Of a stretch of 64,000 nt of DNA, positions 52,755-64,000 are shown piece by piece. The notes under the pieces were generated by a model that did not search any database, was not told the DNA's origin, and saw only the letters and a program-made list of their open reading frames with translations. The DNA is taken from NCBI RefSeq assembly GCF_006345805.1, contig NC_043004.1, positions 61,194,001 to 61,258,000 of the forward strand. The letters are read 5' to 3'. Both the position numbers and the translations under genes were made by a program. Source of the stretch: Octopus sinensis. Taxonomy: Eukaryota. How positions within the stretch are numbered: the stretch's first letter is position 1; each line of letters begins with the position of its first letter.

Positions 52755-53334
52755 TGTATGAGTTGGAACCTACATACATTGGAAGCTATGCCAACATTAT
52801 GGAATAACAACAGAAAAAAGATGGTATAGGCACACACCAGAAAAGGTCACAGAAAACGAGAAACCAACCATACTCTGGGATATGCCGATACACACAGATA
52901 GAGAAATTAAGGCCAACAGACCAGATATAGTTGTCAGAGATCATGAAGAAAAAAAATGCTTTCTAATTGATGTATCAATACCGGCTGATGACAACGTGTC
53001 TCTAAAAGAAATGGAGAAACTCTCAAAATACAAAGACCTGGAAATAGAGGTAACTAGAATGTGGAATCTGAAAACAGAAACAATTCCTATCATAGTAGGT
53101 GCATTAGGCATGGTAAAAAAATATTCAGACAAATACATAACAAAAACACCAGGACTTACAAACACATATAACATACAGAAAATTGCACTACTAGGCACTG
53201 CACACATCCTACGCAGAACACTTTCCATACAATAACCATCAGAGCATCACAACAAATCACAGCACATACCCAAGGCACACAGAGCTGTGCTCGCTAGTGA
53301 AGTGAAAGCACGCTATAAAAATAAAACTACTGAA

Positions 53335-53335
<1 letters not shown>
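52755..53335 (+). mobile_element. 5'-truncated R4/Dong-clade non-LTR retrotransposon in a (TAA)n tract
   Basis: WYRHTPEKVTENEKPTILWD..NRPDIVV..IDVSIP..EKLSKYKDL..IIVGALG..LGTAHILR: RLE endonuclease; (TAA)n on both sides. Confidence 0.9.
52802..53235 (+). pseudogene. RLE endonuclease C-terminal fragment of the R4/Dong ORF
   Basis: ORF 52882-53235 plus in-frame upstream residues; RT domain absent. Confidence 0.85.
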
Positions 53336-53379
<44 letters not shown>

Positions 53380-53390
53380 TGATGATGATG

Positions 53391-53428
<38 letters not shown>

Positions 53429-53449
53429 TATTATTATTATTATTAATAT

Positions 53450-53481
<32 letters not shown>

Positions 53482-53849
53482 TTATAGGCACAAGACCTGA
53501 TATTCTGGGGTGAGTTGCTCGTCGATTACATCGACCGCGGTATTAAGCTGGTGCTTTCTATTTTTCAATATCGAAAAGATGAAAGGGGAAGATGACCTCA
53601 GTGAAAATTGAACTCGGAACATAAAGATTTAGAAAATGACGTTAAGCACTTTCTCTGGCATCGATTATGTGCTTAGCAAAATGTGTGACACTATTACTGT
53701 GCGGCTTATACAATCAGCAATAGCATTCTAATGTCAAATAAGCAACTGATTTGTTTGATGCCTAGTAAAAATAAATATTTGACTTAGAATCAATGATTCA
53801 AAGCCAATGGTTCACAATTAATGGTATACAGAAATTGATTTTTTTATTG

Positions 53850-55190
53850 GGATGTTTTGGAGGAAAAGGTAGTGCAAATAGACTAAGAAGATTTTTCAAC
53901 ATCAGCGAGACTGATGTTGTTAACATTCCGTTTAAACATTTGCAAGTAGGCGACTACCGGAAAAGTAAGAACGGGGAGGGAAGTTCAGACGTGTGTTATG
54001 TGTGGGAGGAAGAATTAACCATGAAAATTGGTGGAGAATTTAGATGGACAAATCATAATTAGAGGAGCAGGAGATATGGGCGATTCGAGAGTGCCTGAAT
54101 GGAAGCATCAGGACAAGAACTGTTTAGAAGGGTAAAACAAATAGAATGATAAAAAAAAATGCAATAAAAGGAAAGAGTGAGTCTGTGTTGAAGCGGGGGC
54201 TTTTCTAAATGAATATGTGCAAACAAATCGCGCAATCTTTTGCTGGAAAAATGTTAAAGATGTGGGATCACTACACCGTTGGGAAAATCACTTGAGACTT
54301 ATAGAGGCTTAATTGCGGTTGGAGAACTTACGGTATATTTTTCTAGTTTTCAAGATTGATTTTGTCTCTCAGATTGAATGATACCTAATATTTTATTCTT
54401 TTACTTGTGTCAGTTGTTTGACTTCAGCAATGCTGCAGCAAAACCTTAACATGTGGAGAAAAACCTCATACCTGGTGAGGACTTGCTTTTGGAACGACCT
54501 AACGTGTCCTTGTTACATGCTGCTCATGTTTGGGAATGAAGTGCGAAGAAGCTTGCTTTATAAATACAGTGGTTGCGTTTTCTTGTTTATTTCTCGATGA
54601 AAACGCAAGTAAATTGTTTCATTTGGAGCAGGTTTTCAATAGTGGTGTCCTTTTGTGAGTGCGTCTGTCACTGAAGCTGATGAGATGTGGATGTTGCATT
54701 GGGGGAAGAAAATGGAGGACAAAAACAAACTATGAGGTATAGGAGAGCTGACTGAAAGTAGACCAGGGAGGGTTACATCAGCGTAGTTTATAACAAATAG
54801 ATCTACTGAAAGCTAACAACCCAAGAAGTGAGAGACGGAAAGGTCCATAAGCAGGAAGTTTGAACAAAATAATAGCGTCCGTGACGCGATATAATTCTGT
54901 CAAATGATTTGCTGATATCGAGGGTAAGGCATTGTTTTCCATAATTTTCACTAGGGAAAGAGTCAAATTGGGTGACAAGATGGTAAGTCTCCAGTAGATC
55001 TGATTTTTTGAAAACAATTTTGGTAATTACGGAAATAAGGATAGATTCTGTGTGTTGCCGTGAGCCGTTGTTAATGACTGTTTCCATTAATTTGAGATAA
55101 GAAAATAGGTGTTATAGGGCAAAAGTTAGCAGAAATAGGACACGCTGTAATGTGCTTCAAAAGATCGAGATAAGTACCGCGTGGGAGAGG
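53850..55190 (-). mobile_element. Degraded CR1/L2/Jockey-group LINE RT region
   Basis: NFCPIT (NYRPIS), METVIN, LDISKSFDR (DISKAFD), KLPAYG..SWVVSF remnants. Confidence 0.7.
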
Positions 55191-55369
55191 GAGAGTGAGA
55201 GAACGAGAGAGAGAGAAAGAGAAAGAGAGGGTATTTGAGAAAGATGGAGAGAAAGAGAGAGAGATGGGGTGAGAAATAGAATTTTTACAAACGCTCATTG
55301 AGTTTCAAGCAATGTTTCAAACATTTTTTTTTTACAGTAAGCGTTTTAGAAATAATTCACAATCCACCC

Positions 55370-55537
<168 letters not shown>

Positions 55538-55622
55538 ATGTATATATATATAGTATATATATGTATATATATATATATATATTGTATATTAATATCTATC
55601 TATCTAATTATGTGGTCTGTGC

Positions 55623-55668
<46 letters not shown>

Positions 55669-56775
55669 ATGCACATACTTATTTCCTTCCCTATTTATAT
55701 GATTCTCTCTTATATTGTGTGTGTATGTGTGTGAGTGTGTGTGTGTGTAGTGTTCATTTACACACTACCTTCCATCAAGCCTTGCATGCATATTCATCGT
55801 GCATCTCTTATGCTCTCTCACAATATTTCTCTTTCACTCCCTCTCCTTTTCTGTACGATGCAAGCAGGACTAAAGAATCAAGCAAACAACGTTTCTTTTT
55901 TCCAGCCAGTAATGAATTCAAATTCTACCCGTGTAAATTTTGCCTGTCATTGTTTTAGGGTCGATAAAATATAGTATGAGCCAAGCGCCAGTAAAGTATT
56001 TCCCAAATACTTGAACCGTTACAATTGGTCTGCCCCAAAATATATAGCGATTATTATTAATATTATTAAATTGAACTGCATACTATTTTCTTTGCCGGTT
56101 TATTACTGAGGTCAGTCATTATGTCATTTTCTCTAGGGCGTATAGAGTTAAACATTAGTATTAAACTGCTGTGATTTCAAATAACAAAGTAAGTCATTTA
56201 TAAACTTCGATTTTCTGGCTTGTAAAAACAACAACGTTACTTAAACTTCATTGATATGCAAAAAAATTTAGAAGCAAATTTCTATAAACACTGTTGGCTA
56301 ATTAATTATCACAAATTGATGACGATGACAATAGATAATGGAAGTGTGTTGTATTGCGTGCTATAATTTCTATTCCCTTGCCTCCAGGGTCATTTCGAAC
56401 AGTTGCTGTTCTTTGCTATATATTGAATTCTAATCTATTGCATCAATTGTTCTGTTATTCTAACTTTAACTCTTTTGTTACACTGTAAAAATGTTTCATT
56501 CGCTAATTCTTTCACTCTTTCATTCATCGATTTGTCTATTTGTTCGTTGTTCGTTCGTTTAATCATTCACTTAGACGGTCGCTCATTCAGTTATTCATTA
56601 AATTATAGAATTCCTGCTCAGTCAATATGAATTAACGTTGATTGAAAATTAAAACAAGAAATGTTGTAAGAAAGTAAAATCAACGACGCCAACAATAACT
56701 AGGAAAACAAATATGACAAAAGGCAAGAAGAAAAGAAACACACTCGCAGCATTGTATGTAGACATTTATCTGCAT

Positions 56776-57160
56776 TGGATGGAAGCACTCCGTCGGTTAC
56801 GACGACGAGGGTTCCGGTTGATCCGAATCAACGGAACAGCATGCTCGTGAAATTAACGTGTAAGTGGCTCAGCACTCCACAGACCCGTGTACCCTTAACG
56901 TAGTTCTCGGGGATATTCAGCGTGACACAAAGAGTGACAAGGCCGGCCCTATGAAATACAGGTGCAACAGAAACAGGAAGTAGATTGAGAGAAAGTTGTG
57001 GTGAAAGAGTACAGCGACCCATCACCCATCCCCTGCCGGAGCCTCGTGGAGCTTTAGGTGTTTTCGCTCAATAAACACTCACAACACCCGGTCTGGGAAT
57101 CGAAACCGCGATCCTATGACCGCGAGTCCGCTGCCCTAACCACTGGGCCATTGCGTCTCC
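56776..57160 (-). mobile_element. SINE family B, long-tail variant
   Basis: Reverse-complement head GGAGACGCAATGGCCCAGTGGTTAGGGCAGCGG at 57160. Confidence 0.85.
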
Positions 57161-58454
57161 TTATCTGAATTATGTGCAAGTGTTACTGGCTGAAATTTGA
57201 GCGCAACAGCAGGGCAGGAGGGATAAGTGTTGATCATCATAGACAATGCAATTATAATTACTTCAAAAATCCTTTTCCTCAACGGCTTTTTAAAATTTTA
57301 TTATTCATGTGGGGAAACAACGTAGTATAGAATATACTGCTTTAACTGGTAGCTAATTCCCAAAAGCAACGGTTTCAATAAATCTCGACGCTCAGGCAAA
57401 TTTTATTTTGCACGGAATTACGTTTGATATATTTCCGCATCTTAAACATTGTCACATAAAATAAATTCTCTCCCTCACCCTGTCTCTAGAGTTTATTCTG
57501 CTTTGTAAAGAGCCGCCTTGTTTTATTGATGTGATCTAGTAGTCGCTCCTTTTGACGCAATGCAACGCTGTGTCAGACATTCGAAGAGGTTTTAAAACCT
57601 TAAACGTCGCCAAGGAGCATATATCCGACTACTATGAGGCCAATGTTACGAGGTCGAATACAAAATCTGAACGCAAAGAGCCGTAGTAAACATTATTTAT
57701 TTCATTCGATATTCTAACAACCCCATCAGCAATAGAATAATAATTCATTTATCGACCCTGAGAGAACAAAGTCAAAATTTACATCGGTGAGAGGTGAATT
57801 GAAGGAAGAGAGAATAAAAACAAATTCTGAAAACGCACCCTCCCCAACACATAAAATGTTTAGCAAGTGAATCATCGTATCTTGTCTTATAACATAAATA
57901 TTGTAATAAAATTACCCTCATACATAGACTCAACATCACTAGCCACAGGTTTTTCGTTCATTATTGCGCTGTTGATAAAGGACTAGTTCTGATCGATTTT
58001 CTGTTTCCGTCAATACCTCTTTAAGTCTCTCTTTCTGGAAGGAATCCTTTGTTCTCAAAACTGTAAAGAGGCATACTGCATATTTCGTTTACAATACTAC
58101 GGTCCAAGAAGTCAAGGGTTCACAGCAAGTTCATAAACACACAGACACACATGCACACACATACACACACAGACACACACACACACTCACCAGAACTCAA
58201 ATCCTGCGTAACGAGCCTCCTTGATGCTGGTACAGCTTATTTGGCGATAAATGCGACAGGTATAGTTTTCTATAACGGTGAATGTTTCCAGGTCTGGGTC
58301 GGCATCTCCTAGCTTGGCAAATGCATACTGGAATTCTGTGTTCTGCTCAGGGATTTGAAGAGGCCGTATCTTTCCTTACACGTAACTTATGTACCTAAAT
58401 CATCTGAATCTCAAATATTTTCCTTCATATATATATATATATATAATATATGAA

Positions 58455-58487
<33 letters not shown>

Positions 58488-58573
58488 TCACACACATATA
58501 TATAATTATATATATTATATATATATATATACATATATATATACACACACACACACATATATATCATATATAG

Positions 58574-58607
<34 letters not shown>

Positions 58608-58633
58608 GGTATATATTATATATATATATATAT

Positions 58634-59070
58634 AGGCGCAGGAGTGGCTGTGTGGTAAGTAGCTTGCTAACCACCCACATGGTTCTGGGTTCAGTTCCAC
58701 GGCGTGGCATCTTGGGCAAGTGTCTTCTGCTATAGCCCCGGGCCGACCAATGCCTTGTGAGTAGATTTGGTAGACGGAAACTGAAAGAAGCCTGTCGTAT
58801 ATGTGTATATATATACATATATATATATATATATGTGTGTGTGTTTGTGCGTGTTTGTGTGTCTGTGTTTGTCCCCCTAGCATTGCTTGACAACCGATGC
58901 TGGTGTGTTTATGTCCCCGTGACTTAGCGGTTCGGCAAAAGAGACCGATAGAATAAGTACTGGGCTTACAAAGAATAAGTCCCGGGACGATTTCCTCGAC
59001 TAAAGGCGGTGCACCAGCATGGCCGCAGTCAAATGACTGAAACAAGTAAAAGAGTAAAAGAGTAAAGAGT
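58634..59070 (+). mobile_element. SINE family A, full length
   Basis: AGGCGCAGGAGTGGCTGTGTGG head through (GTAAAAGA)n tail. Confidence 0.9.
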
Positions 59071-59164
59071 ATTTGATTTTTTGATTTTGATTTTTCCAGT
59101 TTCAGCTAATGAGCTGTGGCCATGCTGGGGCACCGCCATTAGTCGAGGAATTATTTATAGAAGG

Positions 59165-59214
59165 AGCTTCTACAGGACTAGAACTGTTTCATTCAAATGA
59201 AATCTTCAGAAGCT
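59165..59214 (-). ncRNA. Hammerhead-like motif (left arm)
   Basis: Reverse complement of 62893-62942. Confidence 0.6.
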
Positions 59215-59781
59215 TGCTGTCAAAATCAGTTTGGCATTTATCATTTAGGCAGATTTAATGGGGTGGGTGGTGGGGTACTTTTTGGTAAGCAGGGCACAAA
59301 CTATCTTCTTAGGGGAGTGGTCAAAAGAATCAGTGATAAGTAGATAAATGAATAATAGAATAATAGAAGAGGTTTTAGGTAAATAAGAAGACTATTCGCT
59401 TATATTATATATATACATATATACACAGTACATATATATATATATATATATCATATACACATACTCATACATACACACCACACATATATACATACACACA
59501 CACACATATATATACAAATACACATACGTGCCAACATGCAAGCTCACGCACACATATATCTACCAATATTATATATATATATAAATATACACACCCATGC
59601 ACACACACACATATATATATATATATATCTGCACATGTATACATAACTATATACACACAAAACCACATATATAAATATACTTCAGTACACATAAATAATA
59701 ATATATATAATGCAAACCCATACTTACACATACATATACGCGTACATGTACATATACATACAGATATATATATATATATAT

Positions 59782-59821
<40 letters not shown>

Positions 59822-60346
59822 TATACATAAACAGACCAGCGTACATATATATACCTATACACCTATACATACATACATACAAACACATAGATCCACGCAC
59901 ATAAGTACATACAAATATATATCCATATCCATATTCATATTCAGATTCATATCCAAACCCATATGTACATCTAATATATATTTTATATCTATATATATAT
60001 ATATAGATATATAAATATATACCATATGTAAATACAAACATAATATAACATACGTATATTCCTATTTACATTTATACACATAGATATTTGTGGTACATAT
60101 ACACAACACCCCATAACATATCACATGCATATACCCACACATAAATACACATCCGTGTACACACATACATACACATACACTACACACACATACATACACA
60201 CGTGTACATACATACACACATATATATATACACATATATGCACATATTCACATATACATATACACACATACATATACATACATACACATACATATATATC
60301 TATAAATACATATATATACACATGTACACACACATACATATACACA

Positions 60347-60387
<41 letters not shown>

Positions 60388-62892
60388 AAAAACATGTACA
60401 CATAGCCTCCTGTGTAAGAACGCGCCCTCTGTAGTAGTCCCCAACTACTACAGAGACCATACACAGGAGGCCATACCTGCTGTGACCTTTGCATTTCTGA
60501 GAGCCTGGAGATCTTGTTCGCCAAAGGCTCTCTCTTCAACAAGATCTCGGAACACTCCCCAAACTGTATGCACAAAATTTATGCAAACTACAAAGACTAC
60601 AGACCCACCCGGCAACCCGATTGACGACACCCCACCCACTAAAACCCCCCACCCCCACCGTTCCTTCAGCACCTCCAATTACCTTCTCTCCTAAGACTAT
60701 TCACATATATATGGATGTTGGCATATGTGTGTGTGTGTACATATATGTATACGAGTAAATATACGTATTTGTATGTGAGTGTATATGTAACAGTGTATGT
60801 ACATGTGTATGTGAAGGCGTGCATACGTGTGTATGTGTATATGTGGTACATGTTTTTTTATGTGTAATATATATATATATATATTTGTGTGTGTATATGT
60901 ATGTGTGTGTATATGTGTATATATATGTATTTTAGATATATATGTATGTTGTATATATATTATGTCTGTATGTCTGTATATGTTGGTATGTTGTGTATGT
61001 GCATATGTGTGTATATATATGTGTGTGTGTACTTATGTGCGTGGATCTACGCGTTTGTATGTATGTATGTATAGGTGTAGAGGTATATATATGTACGCTT
61101 GTGTGTTTATGTATATGTATAATATATTATATATATATAATATCTATGTATGTTCTATGTACATGTACGCGTATATGTATGTGTAAAGTATGGGTATTTG
61201 CATTATTTATTTATTTATTTGTGTATGCATGTATGTATATGTGTATATGTATATGTATGTATGCTTGTATGTATTTATGTATATATAGATGCGCGTGTGT
61301 GTGTGTGTATGTGTATGTATGTGTATATACATATGTATATATTTATGTAAGCGTATGTGTATTGGTGTATATTTATATATATATATATATGTATATGTGT
61401 GTGTTTGTGAATATATATGTATATATGTGTATGTGTGTATATGCTTGTATACCTGCGTGTGTGTGTACGTATGTATATGTGTGTGTGTATGTTTGTATAT
61501 ATATATATATATATATATATTATATGGGTTTATATGTGTATATGTATGTGTATGTAGGTATGTATGCGATGGGTGTAAGTATATATATGTGTATGTATAT
61601 GTAGGTATATACGTATGTGTACGTGTGTATATATATACATATATATATATATATGTATATATATGGACTTGTAGATTTCTCTGTGTATATATATATGTAT
61701 GTATATGTGTGTAGATATGTATTTGTATGTACGTGCACGTATGTGTATGTACGTGCATGTATGTATATATGTGTCTAGGCTTGTATATGTACGTATGCTT
61801 TTATGTACACGTGTATGCGTGCATGTGTGCATATATGTATTTATAAGCGTATGGATGCGTATATATGCGTATGTATGTTTATATGCACGAATGTCTGTAT
61901 ATAGGCATATGCGTTTATATATGCGGGCAGATGTTTGTGTGTATTTATGTCTACTGAAGTATGTTTATATATGTGGTTTTGTGTGTATATAGTTATGTAT
62001 ACGTTTACGTGAAAGTGTGTACATTATGTATGTATGAATATGTGTACTTGTGTGTGTATATGTATGTGTATACAAATATACATATATATGTATATATATA
62101 TATAATATATATATATATGTGCTTGTTGTAGAGAGAGATACATCATAAGTACGAGTGGATGAGAAGGAAATGAGCGAGAGAACATGTGTGTTTGTGTATG
62201 TGTATGAGTGTGCGTGTGAGTTGTGTGTGGTGTTTGTTTGCGTTTGTATCCGTAGGAAAAGAGATAGAAAGGAAGGGAGAGGGGCGGTTAATGGATTTCC
62301 TTTAGGCCTGATGGCACCTTGGGGAGGGTCTACTCCAGCGCCACTAAATGTGTGTCGGCGGTTAGGTAGGTCATATATCACAACCTTTATGACTCTGAAG
62401 AGGTCAAAATAAAATAAAAATAAAAATAAAATAAGGGAGGAAATGTGTGTGTATATATGTGCATGTATACATGTGCAGATATGTATATATATATGTGTGT
62501 GTGTGTGTATGTGTGTGTATATTTTTATCTATATATATATGTGTAGATATATGTGTGCGTGTGCTTGCATGTTGGCATGTATGTGTATGTGTATTTGTAT
62601 ATATATTATGTGTGTGTATGTATATATGTTTGTGTGTATGTATGAGTATGTGTATATGTATATATATATATATGTATTTGTATATATGTATATATATATA
62701 AGCAATAATCTTCTTATTACCTGAAACTCTATTCTATTATTCTATTTATTCATTTATCTACTTTATCACTGATTCTTTTGACCACTCCCCTAAGAAAGAT
62801 AGTTTGGTGCCCTGCTACCCCAAAAGTCCACCACCACCACCACCCCATTAAATCTGCCTAAATGTAAAATGCCAAAACTGATTTTGACAGCA

Positions 62893-62942
62893 AGCTTCTG
62901 AAGATTTCATTTGAATGAAACAGTTCTAGTCCTGTAGAAGCT
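62893..62942 (+). ncRNA. Hammerhead-like motif (right arm)
   Basis: AGCUU-CUGAAGA-u-UUC-auuu-GAA-u-GAAA-CAG..CU-GUA-g-AAGCU; core complete, stem I offset by one nucleotide. Confidence 0.6.
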
Positions 62943-63033
62943 CCTTCTATAAAATAAATAATTTACTCTGCTAGTATTGAGTACCTTATTTACTGTGGTT
63001 ATCCCGATTCACCCGGACCTACATATATAGATC

Positions 63034-63074
<41 letters not shown>

Positions 63075-63094
63075 TATATATATATGTATATATA

Positions 63095-63255
63095 TGACTG
63101 CTTTCTTCTGTTCTTTCTACATGCCCACTCACAAAGCTGTGGTCGGCCTGAGGCTATAGTAGAGACATTTGCTCACAGTGTTATGCTGGGAAAATGAACC
63201 CAGAACCATGCGAATGTGAAGTAAGTTTCTTACCATACTGCCACGCCTGCACCTA
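63095..63255 (-). mobile_element. SINE family A 5' fragment
   Basis: CCACTCACAAAGC..GGTCGGCC..GAACCCAGAACCATG..CCACGCCTGCACCT. Confidence 0.7.
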
Positions 63256-63330
63256 TGTGCACAGCCACGGCTGCTACAGAACTTGTATTTTAAAACGTTG
63301 GAAATAGCGCTGAAAATAAATTTTGATCTA

Positions 63331-64000
63331 AATTTTTACCCTACCTCAACGAAGCGAAGCCGTGTGTATATGTAGGAAAAAAATGTTTTCTAACAGAAAA
63401 TTATGCTATTAAAATGAATTATCGTTTACGTAACTATTTTTAAATCACTGTGGATAAATTCCGACTGATGACCTTCTCAGGTTCTCTAATATTTTAAGTT
63501 TTAAATCGAAACAATCGGTGGATGGAGTGGGGTTGCAAAAAATTCGTTTCCCAAATTTTCTTTTTTATAACATATGAATGTATTTATGGAGAAAAATATT
63601 GAGAAACATCAATACATGTGTGAGTGATAAAGAAACGAGGAGGGTTGTCTTTGGATGTGCTAGAATCAGCAGCCAAATCGTCCTTAGATCATTCACTTTT
63701 CCCTCTGAAAATACTAACATTGTTTTTTTATCGTAAATGCTTTTGCCCATTGTTTTGAAGCCGAAATAGGTCCGGAGTACGACGATAGGGGAGGGAGGCG
63801 TAAAAACAAATTTCAAAATTTTATTCATACAAAGATGCCTCCTGCCACCTATCACATCATTTCGAAGGCTGTGGTTTAAAAAAATAGGGAAAATCCTAGT
63901 AAAAAAAATTCTTCCCAAATTACTCCATAATCATAATCTATGCCGTTTGGGAGGGATTTATATAAATATTTACTTAGCAGGAGAGAACTATTATACAAAA
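63331..64000 (+). mobile_element. Possible DINE/HINE-like element
   Basis: Begins TTTTTACCC..ACGAAGCGAAGC, resembling DINE-type termini; other end not seen. Confidence 0.35.

Larger units (their letters stand above)
59150..63025. mobile_element. ~3.9-kb inverted-repeat Penelope-like non-coding element with a hammerhead-like motif in each arm
   Basis: 59150-59400 is the reverse complement of ~62700-62955; interior low-complexity blocks are also mirrored. Confidence 0.75.

Overview
AT-rich, repeat-saturated animal genomic DNA with no recognisable host protein-coding exon. The SINE families and dense (TA)n/(CA)n/(TAA)n microsatellites suggest a cephalopod, probably octopus (inference). Almost all listed ORFs are microsatellite translation artefacts. 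Real content: decayed Tc1/mariner elements (DD34D, DD37D, DD41D, Tc1), decayed LINEs (RTE, Tx1/L1, CR1/L2-like, two RLE-clade), three tRNA-derived SINE families, non-autonomous Helitron/Helentron elements and two local tandem duplications. The standout is a hidden set of hammerhead-ribozyme (HHR) elements. A ~506-bp, ~5.7-copy tandem array at 3.59-6.44 kb carries one type I hammerhead per unit on the minus strand (retrozyme/Penelope-pLTR-like). A diverged relative with covarying stems lies at 30.0 kb. Two large inverted-repeat elements have a hammerhead in each arm, and five more decayed hammerheads occur, mostly anchored in (TA)n tracts and often folded back into palindromes. All structures were assigned by eye; no folding or database search was run.
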